Below are positions 8,370-17,300 of a DNA stretch of 64,000 bases, in pieces (the stretch's first letter is position 1; each line of letters opens with the position of its first letter). The stretch lies in NCBI GenBank assembly GCA_951813565.1, contig OX638351.1, positions 1,408,001-1,472,000 on the forward strand, in the 5' to 3' direction. The notes under the pieces were generated by a model. It searched no databases and had not been told where the DNA came from. It saw only the letters and a program-made list of their open reading frames with translations. This DNA comes from an uncultured Poribacteria bacterium (GTDB lineage Bacteria > Poribacteria > WGA-4E > WGA-3G). The translations under genes and the position numbers were made by a program.

Positions 8370-11300
8370 TTAGTCAACGACAAGTATCTTGCCTACAGCG
8401 TTGGCGCTATTTCCTGCTCCATTAACTGCTTCTAAACGGAACACGTAAAGGCCGCGCGCTACAGCGGTTCCAAATTGATTTTCTAAATTCCATTTAACCT
8501 GTGTGTCATTCCGCTGTCCCAGTGTAATATTGGAATACTTTTTCGAGTAAACCATATCCCCGCTCCAATCATAGATGTAGAGTGTCAATTCCACTGTTTC
8601 TTCCGCAGCGGCATTCAGATCGAAGGAGAAGAATGCGACATCATCTTTGGAATGCCGTAATGGATTCGGCCATCCGAAGGTTTTTCCACGGAAGGAGAAA
8701 GAAACCGACATCGTAACCTCACCGACATCGTAAACAGAGTAGTTACCTGCTTTGTCTGTGACTCGGATATCTAAGTCGTATTCACCCGATCGTGCGGGTA
8801 AAAAGTCTGCCGACCATCGACTCCAGGGTCGTTCTTGCGCATTGCTTTCATCCTCAGCCGGGACGGGTTCAATAGGTTGTCCATCAGGACCTGTTCCAAT
8901 GATTTCCACAAGCCATACACCCGATGCTGGTATAGGTATCTCACCTTCACCTTGGGGACGCGGTCGTGAACCTTGTGGGTCAGCAGCCGTTCCTTCTAAA
9001 GGCACTGCTTCATCGGTAAACTCAGTCTTTCCACCATCGTTGGTCACAATAGCAGTCGGAGATGTGGTTTCATAAAGGAATTCAGTTGTGACTGAACCTT
9101 TAGGTGCAAATCCGAGTAGTTCAGAGTCATTCCCAATGCCGGTAATCGTAACTTGATGTGGGCCTTCAACATTCAATCCGTCTGATTTGAAGACAATGGT
9201 ATCCACACCATTTTGCTGGGTGGTGCCAGAAAGTTCTTGACCGTTAGGATTTCTGACAACGACTTCTGACTGCGATAGATCCACTCCTAAACCTGTGTCA
9301 GATACACTTGCTTGAATAACAACACCACCGGTTGTGGAAACTGCGCTTGGATAATCTTCGGCATTAATGTCTGTAAGCAGCGGCGCGTCATTAATAAGCA
9401 AAGAGTTAGGATCAATCACTGGTGGACTTGTATCGTAGGTAAACACCTTTTCGTAGGATTCTTCTTCATTCCCCGCTTGGTCTTTAGGGTTAACGGTAAT
9501 TTTGTATTCCCCATCGGCAGAACCGTCGTCTGCAAGCGGAACAGTAAGTCGGAAAATAAGGGTCTCCTGTTCCCCAGTTTCATAAGATAGACGACCAGCG
9601 ATTTCATCTGCATTCGGTGAAAGTCGTTCAAAGGTCAACCAATCTTCATCAAGGTTTTCCCAGTCAACTCCAGCTTGGTTATCTGTGATGCCCACACGAA
9701 TTTCTGTCAACGAGTTATTAACCTCAGGTTCAGCCACAATGAGGTGGATCGCATCTGGATTAACTTCTGGGGTTTCCGTATCATACATAAAAGTCAACTT
9801 TTGGACCTCACCTTCCCGACCCGATGAACTAATTGGCGTGAACTCAATCGTATAAACACCGTCTTCAGATCCATCTGTTGCAAGCGGACGGACCAATCTA
9901 TAGATCAACTTGTTGGTCTCACGATGCTGTTGTCCCGCGACCACTTGCTCCGCAGCGTTCAACAAGCGGACCGTTGATAGGTGGCTTTCATCTGCAGTCT
10001 CAAGCATCACTTCAATTTCATCAACTTTTTCATTTGTAAACGCTTCATCTATTGGAGCAGTGCTTGGTGATGTAGATATGACTGCCGGTAAAAGCCTGGA
10101 CAGTAGGAAACTATGCTCAAGGACGGATCTACTTCCGTTCCCTGCTCTGTCTATAGCTTGGACACGAATAATGTACTGTCCATCTGCCACAAGTTGATTT
10201 GTGTTAAGTATCAACTGCGTTTTGCCATTACTGGTAAGTTCGCCAGAGATTTCTACGCCATTGGGATCAATCAATGTTACTGTTGTTACATCCCAATCTA
10301 TACCACTTTCCCCTTCGTCATTCAGATTTACCTGTATCTGCGTTATGTCCTCGGTAAGCTGTGCGCCGTGAGCTGGCACTGTGCTGACAAGGGTTGGCGC
10401 TTGTGTGTCGTATATTATGGGATGTTCGACAGAAAGAACATTCCCCGCTTTATCAGAAAACGCAATTACGACGGTGTACTCTCCATCTCTACTACCATCA
10501 AGCGGCAACGGCTCATCAAGCGTGAGAAAGAGTTGATTGTTAGAATCAGTTGTTATTTTTGTAGGAATGAGGGTCCCATTTTGATTGCGCAAACTAACTT
10601 TCTGATCATCAAGTATAAAGTCTGCAGGTCCAACGTCCTGAAGTGTGAATCGGAATTGCGTCAAACTCTCGCTGATATAAGATACCGGTTGACTTAAGTT
10701 GATCGGTGCAGCGTCCGTTATTTCCGGTTCTTGCGTATCAAGAACGAACTCACGATAGGCGGTATTGCCTTGACGTCCTTTTTTATCAACAGGATAGACA
10801 TATACGGCGTATCTACCGTCGGAACTTCCATCAGTGGAAAGTGTTGCTGGTTCCCAAACAAGTAGGTCAGTTCCATTCGTGGAGGTGGCTCCTGGCACGA
10901 CGTCATCATCAAGGGTTGCCACTATGATGTCCGATCCGGCGTTACTGTCAAAAGATAACCCCGCCCCTGACCGGTCAAGTAAGGTTGCAGCAATGTACAG
11001 ATTGTTTGCATTGACATAAGCAATGTCCCCACTACCTAATGTAATAGTATCACCGATTCTGATAGACTCAACACCTGGCAAAATGAACTCAAGGGTAAAC
11101 GAGAATTGCAATGGATTTTGTACAGCATTCCCCGCTATGTCTTGTGGAGTCACGGATAAAGTATACTGACCGATCTGTGTTAAGTCAGCAAAACTCAGTG
11201 CCATTTGGGAGACGCCATCATCTTCTCGAGTGAGCGGAATTGTTTGATCGTCTGGGTCAATCAATGATACTTGCATATTTGCAAAGTCAACAAGTGTTGC

Positions 11301-14300
11301 TTCGGAAAACTTAATAGTGATAGTACTGATAGATTCAGAAAGTTCGGTAATTTCGTTCGACACAAGTTTCATAGGAGTCCCAGCAGTGTTTACCTCAACT
11401 GACGATACTTGTGGTGCTTTAGAATCGTAAATAAGTGAAAATCGAGAGATCGAGGTATTGCCTGCTCTGTCACTTAGACTGACATTTAGCGAATATGGAC
11501 CATCTACACTTCCATCACTGGCGAACGGTTTGGAAAGTGTTAGATATAGTTGGTTTGTGAGTTCATCGTACGTCCGTGCTGCAGAAACAGGTTTTTCTGC
11601 AGCATCCATCAATGCTATGACTTGAGAGGCTAAATTAAGACCTGCAGACCCAACATCTTCAATGGTGAGGGTGAACCGATTTAATCCGCTACCGATATAG
11701 GAAACAGGATCATGCAATGTCAATGGCTGTGCAGCAGTAATTCGCGGTGCCTGTGTATCATAAATAAACTGTTGGTTGACGACTGTGCCAGAACGTCCAA
11801 CTTTATCCACTGGTGTTACAGCAACATTGTATCGTCCATCGGCACTTCCATCTGTTGGCAGTGGTATGGGGGTCCAAGTCAACTGATTCGTTCCATTAGA
11901 AGTGGTTTTACCAGATACTGAAAGACCTTCGGAATTGGTGACCGTAATAGTTGAACCACCATCTCCGAACGATACACCTACACCGATAGGATCAGTAATT
12001 GTTGCAACTATTCTGGGTATAGAATTGCGGACGTAAACAGCTGAGCCCTGTTTTCCATCAATGGAGACTGAACTGACTGTTGGAAGTGCGGTGTCAAGTC
12101 TAAATTGGTACTGAGTAGCACTCTGAGCAACATTTCCTGCCTTATCTTGCGGAATAACGGCAAGTGTGTAAACACCGCTTTGTGTTAAAGAAACAAAATG
12201 AACCATCAACAGAGACGCGTCACCGTCTTCAAGGTTGATAGGTATTTCTTGTCCGTTTACTCCTGTCAGTCTCACACTGGTATTTTCGAAGTCTACCTGT
12301 GTTGCATCGGTGAACTCAAGCGTGAGACTACTCACGGATTCAGAAATCTCAGTTATTTCGTAAGATGTAAGGTCTACCGAAGTATTGCTTGTATTCGCTT
12401 TCACAGATGATAATCCCGGAACTTCAAACTTTAGTCTAAATGGATAGGAAACCGCTCCTTGTGAAACATTACCTGAAATATCGTGCGGTGTGACAGAAAA
12501 CGTATACAGACCACTTTGAACTAACGAGACAAAGCGAACTATTAACTTAGACCCATCATGTTCTTCAAGAGTGATGGGTATTTCTTGTCCGTTTTCTGTT
12601 GCCAATCTCACTATAGTATTTTCGAAGTCTACCCGAGCCGCATTTGTAAACTGAAGTGTAAAACTGTTAATGGATTCAGAAAGTTCAGTTATCTCATAAG
12701 GTGTAAGGTCTACCGAAGCGTCCGTTGTGTTTGCTTTCACAGACGATAGTCCCGGAACTTCAAACTCAAGTTGGAACGGATAAGGAACAGCACTTTGTGC
12801 GGTATTCCCTGCTTTATCTTGTGGTGTGACAGTGAGTGTGTAGAGACCATTTTGTGTCAAGGAAACAAAACGCACTATCAACTGAGACCCATCATGTTCT
12901 TCAAGAGTGATGGGTATTTCTTGCCCGTTTTCTGTTGCCAATCTCACTATAGTATTTTCGAAGTCAACCTGTGTTGCCTCTGTGAACTGAAGTGTGAAAC
13001 TACTCACGGATTCAGAAAGTTCAGTTATCTCATAAGGTGTAAGGTCTACCGAAGCGTCCGTTGTGTTCGCTTTCACAGACGATAGTCCCGGAACTTCAAA
13101 CTCAAGTTGGAACGGATAAGGAACAGCACTTTGTGCGGTATTCCCTGCTTTATCTTGTGGTGTGACAGTGAGTGTGTAGAGACCATTTTGTGTCAAGGAA
13201 ACAAAACGCACTATCAACTGAGACCCATCATGTTCTTCAAGAGTGATGGGTATTTCTTGTCCGTTTTCTGTTGCCAAACTCACTATAGTATTTTCGATAG
13301 TATTTTCGAAGTCAACCTGTGTTGCCTCTGTGAACTGAAGTGTGAAACTACTCACGGATTCAGAAAGTTCAGTAATCTCATAAGGTGTAAGGTCTACCGA
13401 AGCGTCCGTTGTGTTCGCTTTCACAGACGATAGTCCCGGAACTTCAAACTCAAGTTGGAACGGATAAGGAACAGCACTTTGTGCGGTATTCCCTGCTTTA
13501 TCTTGTGGTGTGACAGTGAGTGTGTAGAGACCATTTTGTGTCAAGGAAACAAAACGCACTATCAACTGAGACCCATCATGTTCTTCAAGAGTGATGGGTA
13601 TTTCTTGTCCGTTTTCTGTTGCCAAACTCACTATAGTATTTTCGATAGTATTTTCGAAGTCTACCTGTGTTGCCTCTGTGAACTGAAGTGTGAAACTACT
13701 CACGGATTCAGAAAGTTCAGTTATCTCATAAGGTGTAAGGTCTACCGAAGCGTCCGTTGTGTTTGCCTTCACAGACGATAGTCTCGGAACTTCAAACTCA
13801 AGTTGGAACGGATAAAGAACAGCACCATGCACAGCAGTGCCTGATATATCTTGAGGTGTTATTGACAATGTATACTTACCACTTTGTGTCAAAGAAACAA
13901 AACGCACTATCAACTGAGACCCATCATGTTCTTCAAGAGTGATGGGTATTTCTTGTCCGTTTTCTGTTGCCAAACTCACTATAGTATTTTCGATAGTATT
14001 TTCGAAGTCAACCTGTGTTGCCTCTGTGAACTGAAGTGTGAAACTACTCACGGATTCAGAAAGTTCAGTAATCTCATAAGGTGTAAGGTCTACCGAAGCA
14101 TCAGATGTGTTTGCCTTCACAGACGATAGTCCCGGAACTTCAAACTCAAGTTGGAACGGATAAGGAACAGCACTTTGTGCGGTATTCCCTGCTTTATCTT
14201 GTGGTGTGACAGTGAGTGTGTAGAGACCATTTTGTGTCAAGGAAACAAAACGCACTATCAACTGAGACCCATCATGTTCTTCAAGAGTGATGGGTATTTC

Positions 14301-17300
14301 TTGTCCGTTTTCTGTTGCCAATCTCACTATAGTATTTTCGAAGTCTACCTGTGTTGCCTCTGTGAACTGAAGTGTGAAACTACTCACGGATTCAGAAAGT
14401 TCAGTTATCTCATAAGGTGTAAGGTCTACCGAAGCGTCCGTTGTGTTTGCCTTCACAGACGATAGTCCCGGAACTTCAAACTCAAGTTGGAACGGATAAA
14501 GAACAGCACCATGCACAGCAGTGCCTGATATATCTTGAGGTGTTATTGACAATGTATACTTACCACTTTGTGTCAAAGAAACAAAACGCACTATCAACTG
14601 AGACCCATCATGTTCTTCAAGAGTGATGGGTATTTCTTGTCCGTTTTCTGTTGCCAATCTCACACTGGTATTTTCGAAGTCTACCCGGGCCACATCTGTA
14701 AACTGAAGTGTAAAACTGTTAATGGATTCAGAAAGTTCAGTTATCTCATAAGGTGTAAGGTCTACCGAAGCGTCCGTTGTGTTCGCTTTCACAGACGATA
14801 GTCCCGGAACTTCAAACTCAAGTTGGAACGGGTAGGACACCGCACCTTGTGCGGCATTGCCGACTCTATCCTGAGGCTTTACTGAAAGTGTATACAAACC
14901 ACCTTGCGTTAGAGAGACAAAACTTGCTGTCAGTTGATCAACACCATTGTTCTCTAAAGTGAGCGAAATCGCAGATGCATCCGGACCTATTAGACTAATC
15001 ACCGTATTTTCAAAGTCAACCTGTGTTGCTTCTACAAAATTCAGGGTAAGTTTGTTGACAGCCTCTGATACATCAGTAATCTGATAAGGTATTAGGTCTA
15101 AAGGTGTCTCAGTATTTAGAGAGACTGAAGATAGTTGCGGTGCTTGTGAATCATAAAAAATGTTGTGAACTGCCTGATACGGATTACCTGCTTTGTCAAC
15201 AAGGTTAATCGTCAGCGTGTATTCGCCATCAGCACTACCATCAGTCGGTAAAGGGGCAGAAAGCGAAAAGAAAAGTTGGTTTATATCATCATGTGTAATT
15301 TGCCCTTGAACAACTTCACCATTTTTGTTTTGAAGTCCAATTGTTTGATCGTCAAGGTCAAGCAACGCTTGCCCAACATCTTCAACAGTGAGTTCAAACT
15401 GCGTCAAACTACCGATATAAGAGATCGGTTGATATAGTGTTATAGGTGTAGCCGCCGTTATGCGGGGCGCTTGGGTATCAAAAATAAATGAGCGATATAC
15501 AACATCACCTATGCGTCCAGCTTTATCTACTGGTGTGACGGCAACTGTATATCGTCCGTCAGCACTGCCATCAGCTGGAAGTGCTGGGGGGGTCCAAGTC
15601 AACTGATTCGTTCCAATGGAAGTAGTAGTCCCGGGTATCGGAAGTCCATCAGCATTACTAACGACAATAGTTGATCCGTCATTACCTAATGCTAACCCGA
15701 CACCGGTTGGTTCTGTGAACGTGGCGATAATGTTCACATCAGCACTATTGACATATATAGTAGCACTGAGTTTGCCATCAATAAGGATGGAACTAACTGC
15801 TGGTAGCACAATATCAAGTCGAAACTGGTATTGAATGGCACTCTGGGCAACATTACCCGATCTATCCTGTGGTGTGACAGAAAGGGTATAGAGACCGCTT
15901 TGTGTTAAGGAAATAAAACGAACTATTAACTGAGATGCCTCATTGTCTTCTTGGGTGATGGGTATCTGTTGCTCGTTTGGTCCTATTAACACAACACTGG
16001 TATTTTCAGGATCAATCCGCATCGCATCTGTGAACTCAAGTGTGAGACTGTTGACAGGTGCAGAAAGCTCAATAATCTCGTGCTGGATAAGCGCTACGGA
16101 AGTATCTACTGTGTTTGCTTTTACAGATGATAAATCTGGAACTTCAAACTCAAGTTGGAATGGGTAAGACACTGCACCTTGTGCGGCATTGCCGACCCTA
16201 TCATGAGGCGTTACTGAAAGTGTATACAAACCTCCTTGTGTCAAGGTAACGAAACTTGCGGTCATTTGGTCAATACCATTATTCTCTAAGGTGAGTGGAA
16301 TGGGAGAACCATTCGGACCGATCAGCGAAACCACCGTATTTTCAAAGTCAACCTGTGTTGCCTCTACAAAATTAATGGTAAGTTTGTTGATAGCTTCAGA
16401 TAGATCGGTAACCTGATAAGGTGTTAGGTTTAACAGCGTCTCGGTATTTAGAGAGACTGAAGATAGTTGCGGTGCTTGTGAATCATAAAAGATGTTGTGA
16501 ACCGCCTGATACGGATTACCTGCTTTGTCAACGAGGATGACATTCAGCGTGTATTCTCCATCAGCACTACCATTAGTCGGTAAAGGAGTGGAGAGGGTGA
16601 AGAAGAGTTGATTGTTAGCATCATGTGTTATTTGACCTTGAACCGCTTCACCATTTTTGTTTTGAAGTTCAATTGTTTGATCATCAAGGTTAAGTAATGC
16701 TGGACCAACATCTTCAACAGTGAGTTCAAACTGCGTCAAACTACCGATATAAGAGATCGGTTGATGCAGTGTTATAGGTGTAGCCGCCGTTATGCGGGGC
16801 GCTTGGGTATCAAAAATAAATGAGCGATATGCAACATTACCTGTGCGTCCGGCATTATCTACTGGTGTGACAGCAACTAAATATCTTCCATCCGCACTGC
16901 CGTCAATTGGAAGCGCTGCTGGTCGCCATGTCAATTGATTTTCATCATTGAATGTTGTGAACCCAGGGACCGGAAGCCCCGTCTCGGTCGTTACAACAAT
17001 CTTGGATTCATCTTCCCCTACAGCTAAGCCACTCCCGGTGGTATCTACTAACGTTGCGATAATTTCTCCGTCACTACCATTGACATAAACAACAGCACCA
17101 CTCTGACCATCAATCAATACTGACGTAACAATAGGAACGGCTATATCCAAATTGAACCTGTAGATAAATGGTGTTTCGGAAACATTGCCGATATTGTCTC
17201 TTGGCGTAACTGTAAGAATATATGTTCCGAGTTTCGCAAGGCTTTGGAAATTAAGCGTTAAAAAGGCAGTGCCGTCATTGCTTCGGTGAACTGCAATTTC

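Noticed and set aside
12198..14962. Repeated Cys-rich plus-strand ORFs (MERIRNSTLCG...)
   Set aside because: Antisense shadows of the tandem repeats in the giant gene; no RBS, and starts are TTG artefacts.
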